Origin: Terracidiphilus sp.
Lineage (GTDB): Bacteria > Acidobacteriota > Terriglobia > Terriglobales > Acidobacteriaceae
Direction of reading: 5' to 3'
NCBI GenBank assembly: GCA_035546015.1
Contig: DASZXD010000042.1
Location: 26,310-90,309, forward strand
Length of the DNA stretch: 64,000 bases
Positions 9,594-19,520 of the stretch are shown here, piece after piece. The position numbers were made by a program, and so were the translations under genes. The number at the start of each line of letters is the position of its first letter. Within the stretch, counting starts at the first letter, position 1. The notes below the pieces were generated by a model. It did no database searches. It saw only the letters and a program-made list of their open reading frames with translations, and was not told where the DNA came from.

Positions 9594-10919
9594 TCAAGCG
9601 CCTTGCGCGCCACAACACTTTTTGTACTTCTTCCCGCTTCCACAAGGACACTTATCATTGGGAGCAGTTTTGCTTCTATTCGACATTACTCGAGATGGGC
9701 GTTCGCCCTCCCCTCCTAAAAAATGCATGATATTCGCTGGCGCACGTCTTGCTCTCAGCTCATTCGCCATAAAGCGCATGTAAGGGTCAATATGCGTGAA
9801 GAAATGTTTATAGCCTGCACAGAGATAGCTCAGTCCCTGCTCGCCGTCCGGCGTTTTTAGAAAGCGATGCTTTGGACACTCGCCATGGCAGGCAAAGCGG
9901 ACCGCGCACTCGCGGCACATTCTGGGCAGCGCAGTGAATTTGTTTCGACCGAATGCAGTCTGCTGCGGTGCAGTAACCAACTGCTCAAAACCTTGTTCCG
10001 TGATGTTGCCTAGCTTATATCCGGGATATACAAAGTGATCGCATGAATACAGATCGCCCGTATGTTCCATAGCCATCGCAGCCCCACAGGTTCTGCGAAA
10101 AACACACAGGCTCGCGTCCATGCCTAACCAGTTTTCCAGCGCGACATCGAAGTGCTGAACATAGTGGCGGCCGACATCGTTCCTCACCCACTCGTCAAAG
10201 ATCCGAGTAAGAAAGCAGCCATAGGCAAGTGGTTCCACAGACCAATCGGCTACCTCAGCCGGACCTTTAAAGGAAGGCTGAATGAGCACCAGGCCTTCTG
10301 CTGAGGGCAAACCCGCCATCCGCTCCACAACTGGAATGAACTGGATGAACCCGCTTCCAATCTCTTTGAGGAAGTGGTAGACATCAAGCGGAAAGGCTGA
10401 ATTTTTGCGGCTAACAACGGTCAGCGTGTTGAAGTCTACGCTGTGGTCCTTGAGCTTGGAGATGCCCTGCATCACTCGATCAAAAGTGGGAGCACCTCCC
10501 TTGTCTACGCGATAGTGGTCATGAAGCTCGCGTGGGCCATCGATCGAGACTCCTACAAGAAACTGGTTCTCATGCAGAAAGTCTCCCCATTCGTCGTTGA
10601 TGAGTGTGCCATTAGTCTGGAGCGCATTCTGTATCGTTTTTCCATCAGCGTAGTGCTTCTGCAGAGCAACCACTTTGCGGAAGAATGCCAGTCCGAGCAG
10701 TGTCGGCTCGCCGCCTTGCCAGGCGAAATTTACCACTTGCAACGGGTTTGCCTGGATGAATTGCCGAATGAAACGCTCAAGAACCTCATCCGACATCGCC
10801 CATTTTTTCGAATCGGGATAGAGATTTTCCTTTTCGAGATAAAAACAATACTTGCAGTCAAGGTTGCAGATGGGCCCTGTAGGCTTGGTCATCACATGAG
10901 ATGGCGTGGAGAGTGACAT
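9594..10919 (-). CDS. Radical SAM/SPASM anaerobic sulfatase-maturating enzyme homolog with a C-terminal SEC-C zinc motif
   Basis: The radical SAM CxxxCxxC is CNLDCKYCF. GGEPTL is present. The SPASM cysteine cluster is CRECAVRFACHGECPKHR. The C-terminal KCPCGSGKKYKKCCG is a SEC-C motif. Confidence 0.85.
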   Translation of the reverse strand: MSLSTPSHVMTKPTGPICNLDCKYCFYLEKENLYPDSKKWAMSDEVLERFIRQFIQANPLQVVNFAWQGGEPTLLGLAFFRKVVALQKHYADGKTIQNALQTNGTLINDEWGDFLHENQFLVGVSIDGPRELHDHYRVDKGGAPTFDRVMQGISKLKDHSVDFNTLTVVSRKNSAFPLDVYHFLKEIGSGFIQFIPVVERMAGLPSAEGLVLIQPSFKGPAEVADWSVEPLAYGCFLTRIFDEWVRNDVGRHYVQHFDVALENWLGMDASLCVFRRTCGAAMAMEHTGDLYSCDHFVYPGYKLGNITEQGFEQLVTAPQQTAFGRNKFTALPRMCRECAVRFACHGECPKHRFLKTPDGEQGLSYLCAGYKHFFTHIDPYMRFMANELRARRAPANIMHFLGGEGERPSRVMSNRSKTAPNDKCPCGSGKKYKKCCGAQGA

Positions 10920-10949
10920 TTAATTTCCGGCTGGCTAATCGAACATCTT

Positions 10950-11182
10950 CGCCCAATAAAGCGCGTCAGCAGTTACCAAGAATTACAGTTTTGCTCGCCT
11001 GATCCATCAGTGTGCTATCAGATAGACACTTCTCGTATAGTTCGAGGCTCTTCGCCACTTCCTGTCTGTGCAATCGTAGTCATGCCGGACGTGGTCTCAG
11101 TTCCGATGCGCATCATCGGGTAATTGTCCACGATCAGAATCCGGATTTTTGCCGCTTCTTTCACGCTGTTCTGCTCTTCCAT
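10950..11182 (-). pseudogene. Decayed NarL/FixJ-type response-regulator receiver remnant
   Basis: A 54-codon ORF (11018..11182, GGAG ribosome-binding site, below the ORF-track cutoff) reads MEEQNSVKEAAKIRILIVDNYPMMRIGTETTSGMTTIAQTGSGEEPRTIREVSI. That is the beta1/alpha1 region of a receiver domain. A shifted frame continues as LYEKCLSDSTLMDQASKTVILGNC, which holds the expected (P)DvvLMD phospho-acceptor block, and then stops. No output domain remains. Confidence 0.45.
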
Positions 11183-11230
11183 TGTATTCTCCAGCTTGCG
11201 CCATCTTGAGCCCGAGTCGGAAATGCAAGA

Positions 11231-13798
11231 TTATCGGCCAGCACTGAGGACGAGCTGATACTCGGGCACGGCCCTTACACTTTCCAGCTCGGAGACCTGT
11301 CCGCTGAGAGGAAACAACAGTTCCTGTGGTAGCTCGAAATATACGGGTGCATCGCTGCGCAACGGTAACACACTCAGCTTGAAGTTGCCGCCATCCCGCG
11401 CATCAAGAAAGCTGTTAAGACCGATGGACCACGGCAAACCGTTGTAGAAGTCGTCGTCCAGAAGCCTGTGATTGGTATAGAACCGCGCCAGATCGCCAAG
11501 ATATCGAATCTCGAGAAATACATTGCTCAGCCCGTTCATTGATCCTGGCGGGATGGTGATAGACCACTGCGCCGCTTGTGGCAGTTCGGTCTCAGCAGGC
11601 GCTTGTGCAACGCCATTCGGCCGCCAGTTCGGCATCGGCCCGATTTTGACTGAGGGGACTTTACCTGCAGGCTGCATTTTTTGCACACCTATGTGAATAT
11701 CTCGTGTGGACGCATCCGCGGTGAAACGCTCGATACGGTCGTTTTTGGCAACACGCCTGAGCGGCAGGCTGGTATTAAGAGGTGCAGAAAGCGGCGGCGT
11801 AAGGGCAAACTCGAAATGCGTTGATCCACGTGACTGCAGCCAGATCCGTGAGCTGCCGCTACTCGAGCCGGCAAAGAAGTCCGCATCGGTAAACAGCAGG
11901 TGTTCCGCACCGTCGATCCTGATCTTCCATGCGTTTTCTGCTTCGCGCGCTGTGAGCACAACGATGCGAATAGACCTGCCTTCATGCGCAACAAGATCAA
12001 TTGAAGATTCCGCACCCAGTGCGAGGCCCTTCAGGTAAAGCACACCGCTGCTTATCTCCTGCTCGCCGCTTGACGCGTGCATTGATTTGACACTCGCCGC
12101 CTCAAATGCAAACTCGACGGGAATGCCGGAAATAGCTTCGAAGTAAAGCGTAGGTTTGTCAGCATCATCAAGGCGTGTAAAGAGCTGGGCGGTGCTATAG
12201 CGAATTGTTATGCCGTCCACGCGCAGATTGAAGGGCCAGATGAAGTACGCGCCAGAAGGAATATCTACCGGATGTTGTGGAACAGCGAGTGTGCGCTCGT
12301 TGTGACCGGCTTCAGCAGGAAGGCGAATCAGGAACTGGGTCGCGGGCCGCGCAGGCATTGCATAGTTGCGCACATAGTTGTTCAAGAAAATGAATCCGGC
12401 ATCGCCTTTGGATCGCACAGAAGCTCGTGGCACGGAGAGATCCTCAGCGTTTTTCGGTGTCTGGTCCGGCGCATGCACCATCATTGGCGCAAGATCCGCT
12501 CCAAAGTCGTTGACGAAGTACTCAAAAACCTTGAGCTTACGAAAGGATTCTCTTTCCTGGCCGAACTCTCCCAGCGGCGCCTGAAAATCATAGGACTTGA
12601 TCGGCAGATCGTTTGGGTAACCGGTGGCCTGCGACTCCTGCAAAGTTGTCAGCTTTCCATCAGGGTTTTGGCCACCCTGGAACATATAGGTCCCGTAGAG
12701 ATTGACGCCTGAACCGAGCATCACCGGAAACATCGCTCCAATGTCGTCGGGACGGATCACAGGGCGGCGATGATAGGTGTCCTCGACGCCTCCACCGGTT
12801 TCGGCTGTGAGATAAGGAAGATCGTCCCAGGGGTGGGATTGCTTTATTGCTGCTCCCACATCGCCCACATTCACGTTTGCCGTTACTCTGTTCTGATAAC
12901 GGAATGCATACACCTCGCCAGGCGGCAGTTTGTGAATCGAGCCGTCCCAAGGTGCGTCAGGGTAACCACCGCCGTAAATCGGGATCACGGCTCCACGAGG
13001 AACAACGGCATTGTCCCACCCGGTGACAAAGTAGAGAGGTACATCGAGGCCGCTCTCGATGGCAGTCTTTTTCAGCTCAAGAATATGGGCCTCGCCTGCA
13101 TTAGGACCGCGCTTGGAATACTCGTTCTCAAGCTGAATGCCGATGACAGGCCCGCCGTCTTTCCACAGCAATCCTTTCAATTGTTCGGCGATTTGCCCGT
13201 ACCATACACGCACCGATTTGAGATAGGCTGGATCGTTCTCGCGCGTGGGCCCCTGTTTAATCACCCAGTCGGGCAAGCCGCCATTGCGCACTTCGGCATG
13301 ATCCCAGGGGCCGATGCGCGGCTCCACGTACAGTCCATGTTGGGCACACAACTGCACAAATGCACGCAGGTCGCGCTGCCCACTCCAGTCGAACTGGTCC
13401 TCAATCTCTTCGTGATGAATCCAGATCACGTAGGTGGCCACGATGTTCACGCCCGCAGCCTTCATCTTGAGAATTTCGTTTTCCCATTGCGCGCGGGGGT
13501 AGCGCGAAAAGTGAAACTCACCCATGACCGGCAGCCACGGCTTGCCGTTGAGCATGAGATATCGGCTATTTACGCCCAGTGTGAGTCCGCCAGGCGATGT
13601 TGCTGTGCCTTCCTGATACGCTGCAGGACCCGGCTCCACAAAGGGCTGGCTGGCATCGATATGAATCGGCGCGACCGTCTGCCCGGATAGCATCAATACC
13701 GCGCCAGCGCACACAACCAGGATTGCGCCTGAAAAAATAAAACGACTTCGACATAAGAGTCTTGCCGCTTGCCGAATTGACAATAAGAAAAAAGACAT
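11231..13798 (-). CDS. Secreted beta-galactosidase (GH35)
   Basis: GEFHFSRYPRAQWENEILKMKAAGVNIVATYVIWIHHE, RIGPWDHAEVRNGGLPDWV and the acid/base block IQLENEYS are GH35 signatures. The N-terminus is a hydrophobic signal or anchor. Confidence 0.9.
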   Translation of the reverse strand: MSFFLLSIRQAARLLCRSRFIFSGAILVVCAGAVLMLSGQTVAPIHIDASQPFVEPGPAAYQEGTATSPGGLTLGVNSRYLMLNGKPWLPVMGEFHFSRYPRAQWENEILKMKAAGVNIVATYVIWIHHEEIEDQFDWSGQRDLRAFVQLCAQHGLYVEPRIGPWDHAEVRNGGLPDWVIKQGPTRENDPAYLKSVRVWYGQIAEQLKGLLWKDGGPVIGIQLENEYSKRGPNAGEAHILELKKTAIESGLDVPLYFVTGWDNAVVPRGAVIPIYGGGYPDAPWDGSIHKLPPGEVYAFRYQNRVTANVNVGDVGAAIKQSHPWDDLPYLTAETGGGVEDTYHRRPVIRPDDIGAMFPVMLGSGVNLYGTYMFQGGQNPDGKLTTLQESQATGYPNDLPIKSYDFQAPLGEFGQERESFRKLKVFEYFVNDFGADLAPMMVHAPDQTPKNAEDLSVPRASVRSKGDAGFIFLNNYVRNYAMPARPATQFLIRLPAEAGHNERTLAVPQHPVDIPSGAYFIWPFNLRVDGITIRYSTAQLFTRLDDADKPTLYFEAISGIPVEFAFEAASVKSMHASSGEQEISSGVLYLKGLALGAESSIDLVAHEGRSIRIVVLTAREAENAWKIRIDGAEHLLFTDADFFAGSSSGSSRIWLQSRGSTHFEFALTPPLSAPLNTSLPLRRVAKNDRIERFTADASTRDIHIGVQKMQPAGKVPSVKIGPMPNWRPNGVAQAPAETELPQAAQWSITIPPGSMNGLSNVFLEIRYLGDLARFYTNHRLLDDDFYNGLPWSIGLNSFLDARDGGNFKLSVLPLRSDAPVYFELPQELLFPLSGQVSELESVRAVPEYQLVLSAGR

Positions 13799-13998
13799 TC
13801 CTAATTACTCCATGTCTGTCGATTCTGCTTGAAGATACACAGAGATGATAGTTCGAGAGCAAGGAATACTCTAATCCGATTGCCAGTTTTTTGAATCCTT
13901 CTAAAGTCGGATCGGGACACGAACGCCGACTACACAGCCGATGGATTTTCCGTATCTTGAGGGCCGTCGTGGAAAGACTTGCGAGGTCCGCCGTCCGG

Positions 13999-15276
13999 CT
14001 AGTGTTCTGCACAACGGGTAGCGTACCATTCGTCTCGTACGAGAGGCAGTTGGCTCATGCCTCGGTCAAGACGGCTCAACAGAATCTGGTGGATTGCGAT
14101 GTGGCCTCTCTGAAAGGCTGCAGCAGATCCGGCTGTGTACAAAAGCCAGATGCGATATGTGGTTTCGGGGACGATCTTCAGTAGTGCGCTCTTGTTCCGT
14201 TGCAAGCCGTCGACCCAGTTGCGCAGGGTTAGTTCGTAATGCTCCCGCAGGTTCTCAACGTCTCGCACTTCGAATCCTGCACGCTCTGCTGCATTGATCG
14301 CTTCGGTAATAGTAACCAGCCTGCCATCTGGAAAGACGTATCGATCAATGAAAGAACCCTTGCGCGAAGGTGATGACTGAGATCGAGCGATGCCGTGGTT
14401 AAGAAATGTACCGCCTGGCTTGAGGAACTCGTACACAGAGGCGAAGTACATCGGCAGATTGCATAGCCCGACGTGCTCAAACATCCCAACACTCGCAATC
14501 TTGTCGAATGAGCCACGAAGCTCTGCGCAATGTCTATAGTCGCGGTGTTCGACTGCGCACAAATCCATGAGCCCGGCATCGCGGATTCTCTGGGTCGCAA
14601 CGTCTGCCTGCACTCGGCTAAGTGTGATTCCGTAAGCCTGCGCACGATGCTCGGAGGCAGCATGCAAGACAAGACTCCCCCATCCGCAACCGACGTCGAG
14701 AAAGCGCTCGTGCGGTTTCAGACGCAGTTTCTGGCAGATCAGCTCAAGTTTTTGCCTTTGTGCCTGGTCGAGGCAATCATCGGCACTGCGAAAATATGCG
14801 CACGAGTACGCAAGCGTTGCGCCCAGCCATGGACGGTAAAAGTCGACCGGCAAATCATAGTGATATGAGATCGATGTCAGGTCTCTGCTTTTCGAGTGTT
14901 TCGGCCCGTGTTTGAACCAGCGACTGAGACTCACGACATCGGACAAAATACTTTCCACGGCTCTCTGGCGCAGGCTGCGAGGACGGCTCATCAGATGTTC
15001 TGCAGCGGAGAATGCAGAGAAAAGATCACCCTCAACATCGAACTCTTTGCGAACAAATGCCCCTCCCAGCGTGACCTCATCGGCCTTGCTGGCGAGAGAT
15101 GCGAGCACATCTGGCGAGTGAATAACCAGCGTGCATGCGATCTTGTCCGGTACCGAATTCCACTGCCACCCATTCCAAAGGCGTATCGAGAATCCTGGGC
15201 CGTCATATCCATTGAATAGGCTGGCCAGTTGCCCGCCAAGCTGCTTCTCACTGGATTTCAACGTCTCGCTGCGCAT
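13999..15276 (-). CDS. Cyclopropane-fatty-acyl-phospholipid synthase family SAM-dependent methyltransferase
   Basis: ISYHYDLPVDFYRPWLG, YSCAYF and the SAM-binding motif FLDVGCGWGSL are typical of the CFA synthase / mycolic acid methyltransferase family. Confidence 0.85.
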   Translation of the reverse strand: MRSETLKSSEKQLGGQLASLFNGYDGPGFSIRLWNGWQWNSVPDKIACTLVIHSPDVLASLASKADEVTLGGAFVRKEFDVEGDLFSAFSAAEHLMSRPRSLRQRAVESILSDVVSLSRWFKHGPKHSKSRDLTSISYHYDLPVDFYRPWLGATLAYSCAYFRSADDCLDQAQRQKLELICQKLRLKPHERFLDVGCGWGSLVLHAASEHRAQAYGITLSRVQADVATQRIRDAGLMDLCAVEHRDYRHCAELRGSFDKIASVGMFEHVGLCNLPMYFASVYEFLKPGGTFLNHGIARSQSSPSRKGSFIDRYVFPDGRLVTITEAINAAERAGFEVRDVENLREHYELTLRNWVDGLQRNKSALLKIVPETTYRIWLLYTAGSAAAFQRGHIAIHQILLSRLDRGMSQLPLVRDEWYATRCAEH

Positions 15277-15623
15277 AATCGTACTCGATGAAATGGATCA
15301 TAAGGCGATGTTCACGCATCTGCTTTCAACCAGTGCCGGCAGCATTCTCCGATAAGACCGAAACGCCAATTTTGCTGGCGTTCAGAGCCGCAGCACCTCA
15401 GATAACAGACTGGCCGGGACATGCACGGTTTATTCGCTGTCATTATCCTCCCAACCTGCAGAATTTGCACTGTCCGGTATCACGGCACTGAATTCGCGAC
15501 TTGGGGAACGGGTTTCAGGCAGGCATACTACTTGCAAATCCGAGGCGAACAAGGCATTCACCACCAGACAGGTCTAAATTATTGAAGATGATCTGATTTG
15601 AGATAGCGCGGGGAGGTAACTGC

Positions 15624-18356
15624 ATGAAGCGGGAAACAGGCTTGGATCGGCGTGACTTTCTGAAGCGTGCCGCTGGTGCAGTTGGCGCCGCGACCCAGCT
15701 TCCAAACCTGAGTGCCGAAGCTCGGGCAACGGTTTCCGGCACCACAACCCCACCAGCCACAAACTACAGAGGCATGGGTTACCCGCGGCGTTTCCAGGGA
15801 CCACAACTGAAAATGATCTCTTTCCCGCTCGGCGGCGTTGCCGCTGGAAGCATCGGCCTGGGCGGCCGCGGACAACTGATCAACTGGGAGATATTCAACC
15901 GGCCCAATAAGGGCCATCGGCCGCTTTACGCGTTCCCCGCAGTCTGGGTACAGGCCGCTAGCGACAAGCCGATAGCTCGCGTTCTGGAGTCACGCATTCT
16001 GCCTCCGTACGAGGGCGAATCCGGCCTGGGCGCAGATAACGCTCCGGGTCTCAGCCGGTTGGAGTCAGCCATCTTCACGGGAGAATATCCTCTGGCGCAC
16101 ATCGCCTTTCAGGACCGGAGCCTGCCGGTTCGAGTCGAGCTCGATGCCTTCTCACCGTTCATCCCCCACGAGCCCGATGACTCCGGCCTGCCCGTGGCGA
16201 TCCTCCGCTATCGCGTGACGAATCCCGGCTTGACGCCTGCTCGAGTCGGGATCGCGTTTTCTATCGACAACCCCGTGCGCACAACGGAGGACAACCGCGG
16301 AGCTGCGGCGCAAAGAAGTAATGGCGGCCGGGAGAACGAATACCGTACGGCTGGTTCACTCAGAGGCCTATTGATGACCAACTCGAGTTTGGCCGCGGAC
16401 GACCCAATGGCTGGAGAATTCGTACTGGCGGCAATGCCGGATGAAGCTACAACAGTTTCCCACTGGATAGGGTGGCAGGCGGGCCGATGGTGGAATTCTC
16501 CACTTCATTTCTGGGACCAGTTTTCTCAGTTTGGAGAGCTTGGACCTGAGCCCGTGCAGTCAAACGCTGTGGGTGTGCTCTGTCTGAACCGTACCGTTCC
16601 CGCGGGTCAGTCGGCCAACTTTCAGTTTCTGCTGGGCTGGCGCTTTCCGAATCGAACGCCGGAATGGTGCGGGTGGTCTTCGCCGCCAGGCGAGGGACAG
16701 ACCATGATCGGCAATGCTTATGCGATGCGCTTTGCAAGCGCCTGGGATGCTGTGGCATACACGGCCGAACATCTTAACTCTCTTGAAGAGCGCACGCGCC
16801 AGTTTGCACAGGCGCTCAGTAGAAGCACGCTGCCGGATGAGGTTAAAGAAGCGGCCAGCGCAAATCTATCTACACTAGCAACTACTACCTGCTTTCGCAC
16901 AGCAGACGGCGAGTTTCATGGCTTTGAAGGCAGTAACGATAAAGCTGGATGCTGCTTTGGCAACTGCACCCACGTGTGGAACTACGAGACCACAACACCG
17001 TTTCTCTTTCCGACGTTTGCGCGCTCTCTGCGCCGCTCAGCCTTTGGCTACTCTATGGACGATGCAGGCGCAATTCACTTTCGCCAGATGCTGCCCGATG
17101 GCAAGGCTCGCTCAGGCTTTGCTGCGGCCGACGGGCAGATGGGGCAGATAATGCACGCGTGGCTCGACTGGAAGATCTCGGGCGACGACAAACTGCTGCA
17201 TAGCACCTGGCCCTTGGCCAAAAAAACTCTCGAGTTTGCCTGGGTGCCAGGCGGATGGGATGCCAATCGTGACGGCGTAATGGAGGGTGTGCAACACAAC
17301 ACCTACGATGTGGAGTTCTACGGACCCAATCCAATGTGCGGCATCTACTATCTGGGCGCGCTGCGAGCGGGAGAAGAAATGGCACGCGCTGCCGGCGACC
17401 TGGCTTCTGCCCGTGCATACCACCAGCTTTTTGAACAAGGCAGCCGATGGATTGATACCAATCTGTTCAACGGCGAATTCTATGTGCAACAGATTCGGGG
17501 CTTTAGAAAAGATGAGATCGCGACGAATCTGCGCAGCGATATGGGATCAGAGAATACGGAGGCACCGGAATATCAGGTAGGTGATGGCTGCCTGGTGGAT
17601 CAGCTTGTGGGCCAATACCTTGCTGATATTGCGGGACTCGGTCCACTCGTCGCACCTGCGAATATCCGCGCAACGCTGGGCTCGATCTATAGTCACAACT
17701 ACAAGCGCAGTCTCACCACCCACGACAATACCGAGCGCACGTTTGCATTAAACGATGAGGCTTCGATGGTCATCTGCGACTATGGCAAAGCCGGACGTCC
17801 GAAGATTCCCTTCCCCTATTTCGCTGAGACCATGACCGGCTTCGAGTACACGGCCGCCGTGTTGATGATGAACTGGGGCATGGTAGACGAGGGTGTGGAA
17901 TGCGTACGCAACATCCGTGCACGCTACGATGGTGTGAAGCGCAATCCCTGGGACGAAGCCGAGTGTGGCCACCATTACGCGCGTGCCATGGCAGCGTGGT
18001 CTGCAGTGCTTTCGCTCAGCGGCTTTCAATATGACGCGGCGCAGGCTGCAGTCATCGCGGTTCCACGCATTGAATCATCTGATTTTCAGTGTTTCTGGTC
18101 GACGGCCAATGGCTGGGGGACATTTCGACTGCGCAAGCAGGCCGCTACAGCAGTCCTGACCATCAGAGTGCTGGCAGGCATGCTCTCGCTCCGCTCCACC
18201 GAGATTATGGCATCAGGCACAAAGGCAGACGTACGAACCGGCAACCAGACAGTCGCTGCTAGTGTCGACCGGCGCGAGGACCGCGCTGTGGTCGCGTTGA
18301 GCGAAACCATCCAGATTGCTATCGGTCAAGAATTTCGGGTTGAGGTAAGCGCATGA
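15624..18356 (+). CDS. GH116-family beta-glucosidase/glucosylceramidase-like enzyme with a twin-arginine (Tat) signal
   Basis: The Tat motif is RRDFLKRAAGAVGAA. The GH116 N-terminal domain pattern is FPLGGVAAGSIGLGGRGQLINWEIFNRPNKG. The catalytic-domain blocks are CCFGNCTHVWNYE and NPWDEAECGHHYARAMA. A GGGGAGG ribosome-binding site lies upstream. Confidence 0.85.
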   Translation: MKRETGLDRRDFLKRAAGAVGAATQLPNLSAEARATVSGTTTPPATNYRGMGYPRRFQGPQLKMISFPLGGVAAGSIGLGGRGQLINWEIFNRPNKGHRPLYAFPAVWVQAASDKPIARVLESRILPPYEGESGLGADNAPGLSRLESAIFTGEYPLAHIAFQDRSLPVRVELDAFSPFIPHEPDDSGLPVAILRYRVTNPGLTPARVGIAFSIDNPVRTTEDNRGAAAQRSNGGRENEYRTAGSLRGLLMTNSSLAADDPMAGEFVLAAMPDEATTVSHWIGWQAGRWWNSPLHFWDQFSQFGELGPEPVQSNAVGVLCLNRTVPAGQSANFQFLLGWRFPNRTPEWCGWSSPPGEGQTMIGNAYAMRFASAWDAVAYTAEHLNSLEERTRQFAQALSRSTLPDEVKEAASANLSTLATTTCFRTADGEFHGFEGSNDKAGCCFGNCTHVWNYETTTPFLFPTFARSLRRSAFGYSMDDAGAIHFRQMLPDGKARSGFAAADGQMGQIMHAWLDWKISGDDKLLHSTWPLAKKTLEFAWVPGGWDANRDGVMEGVQHNTYDVEFYGPNPMCGIYYLGALRAGEEMARAAGDLASARAYHQLFEQGSRWIDTNLFNGEFYVQQIRGFRKDEIATNLRSDMGSENTEAPEYQVGDGCLVDQLVGQYLADIAGLGPLVAPANIRATLGSIYSHNYKRSLTTHDNTERTFALNDEASMVICDYGKAGRPKIPFPYFAETMTGFEYTAAVLMMNWGMVDEGVECVRNIRARYDGVKRNPWDEAECGHHYARAMAAWSAVLSLSGFQYDAAQAAVIAVPRIESSDFQCFWSTANGWGTFRLRKQAATAVLTIRVLAGMLSLRSTEIMASGTKADVRTGNQTVAASVDRREDRAVVALSETIQIAIGQEFRVEVSA

Positions 18357-19426
18357 TCCTGAATGGCTCATCGCAACGTCCGTGGATCGTAGTCATCGGA
18401 GGTTTTCTCGGCGCAGGCAAAACATGCCTTATTCATGCGGCAGCACAGCACCTGCAACAGCGTGGCATGCGTGCGGTGGCCATCCTGAATGATCAGGGTG
18501 AGGAACTCGTTGATACGCGCATGACCTGGCAATACGGATTTGTCGCTCGCGAGGTAACAGGAGGATGTTTTTGCTGCCGCTATTCGGCTTTGCTGTCAGC
18601 CATTGAAGAAGCACATGCTCTCGAACCCGACGTTATCTTTGCTGAGCCTGTGGGCAGTTGCACAGACATCTCGGCCACGGTCTTGAATCCGCTGCGCGAA
18701 GAACTCCACCGCTACCGTCTGGCGCCTTACACTGTGCTCATCGATCCTGATCGCTATCGCGAATTACTGCGCGCTGATGCCGATCAGGACATGGCCTACC
18801 TCTTTCACAATCAAGTGAGGGAAGCCGACCTCATCTGCTACAGCAAGTCCGATCTTTACCCTGAGATAACGGAAATTGCAGGTACGGCAGCGCGCCAGCT
18901 AAGCTCCAGGACTGGCCAAGGTGTAACTGAGTGGCTTGATGAAATATTGAGCGGCACGCTCGAAACTGGACGTACGACGCTCGTGATCGACTATGCCCGC
19001 TATGCACAAGCCGAGGCTTCTCTTGCCTGGATGAATGCGAGCTTTGTGTTCGAACCGCAGTCTCCGCTTTCCACGGCACAAGTTGTAGGCCCGCTGCTGG
19101 ACGTGCTCGACGATGCGCTGAGCAAAGCAGATATTGGCATTGTGCACCTCAAGATATTCGACAGTACGTCGCAGGGCTGGCTTAAAGCGGCTTTATGCAA
19201 GAATCACGAAGAACCTCAAATCGAGGGTGATCTTATTGGCTCGCCTGCCTCTCGTCACGAGTTGTTGCTGAATCTTCGCGCAAAAGGCGAGCCTATGCTT
19301 GTACAACAGATCATGGCATCTCATATTCGGGAGCTAAAGGGAGATGTCTCTGGGCTGCACATCCATTGTTTCAGCCCTGCGCCGCCACAGCCAGAGCGCC
19401 GTATTCAACGTGCACCATCCCTGTGA
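18353..19426 (+). CDS. CobW/HypB/UreG-superfamily (G3E) P-loop GTPase, COG0523-like
   Basis: The Walker A motif is GGFLGAGKT. The Cys-rich motif GGCFCC sits at the position of the COG0523 CxCC metal site. Its ATG overlaps the GH116 stop (ATGA at 18353-18356). Confidence 0.75.
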   Translation: MILNGSSQRPWIVVIGGFLGAGKTCLIHAAAQHLQQRGMRAVAILNDQGEELVDTRMTWQYGFVAREVTGGCFCCRYSALLSAIEEAHALEPDVIFAEPVGSCTDISATVLNPLREELHRYRLAPYTVLIDPDRYRELLRADADQDMAYLFHNQVREADLICYSKSDLYPEITEIAGTAARQLSSRTGQGVTEWLDEILSGTLETGRTTLVIDYARYAQAEASLAWMNASFVFEPQSPLSTAQVVGPLLDVLDDALSKADIGIVHLKIFDSTSQGWLKAALCKNHEEPQIEGDLIGSPASRHELLLNLRAKGEPMLVQQIMASHIRELKGDVSGLHIHCFSPAPPQPERRIQRAPSL

Positions 19427-19520
19427 TTTGCCCCTGGCTTGGATTACACAGAGCAGTCATAGCTAAAAACACACGATTCGCCCACTCGCTGAGAGTGCAA
19501 GAACACTGTACGGTCGGTCA

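Noticed and set aside
12770-13690. 306-aa plus-strand ORF inside the GH35 gene
   Set aside because: It is an antisense shadow of the GH35 beta-galactosidase and shows no motifs.
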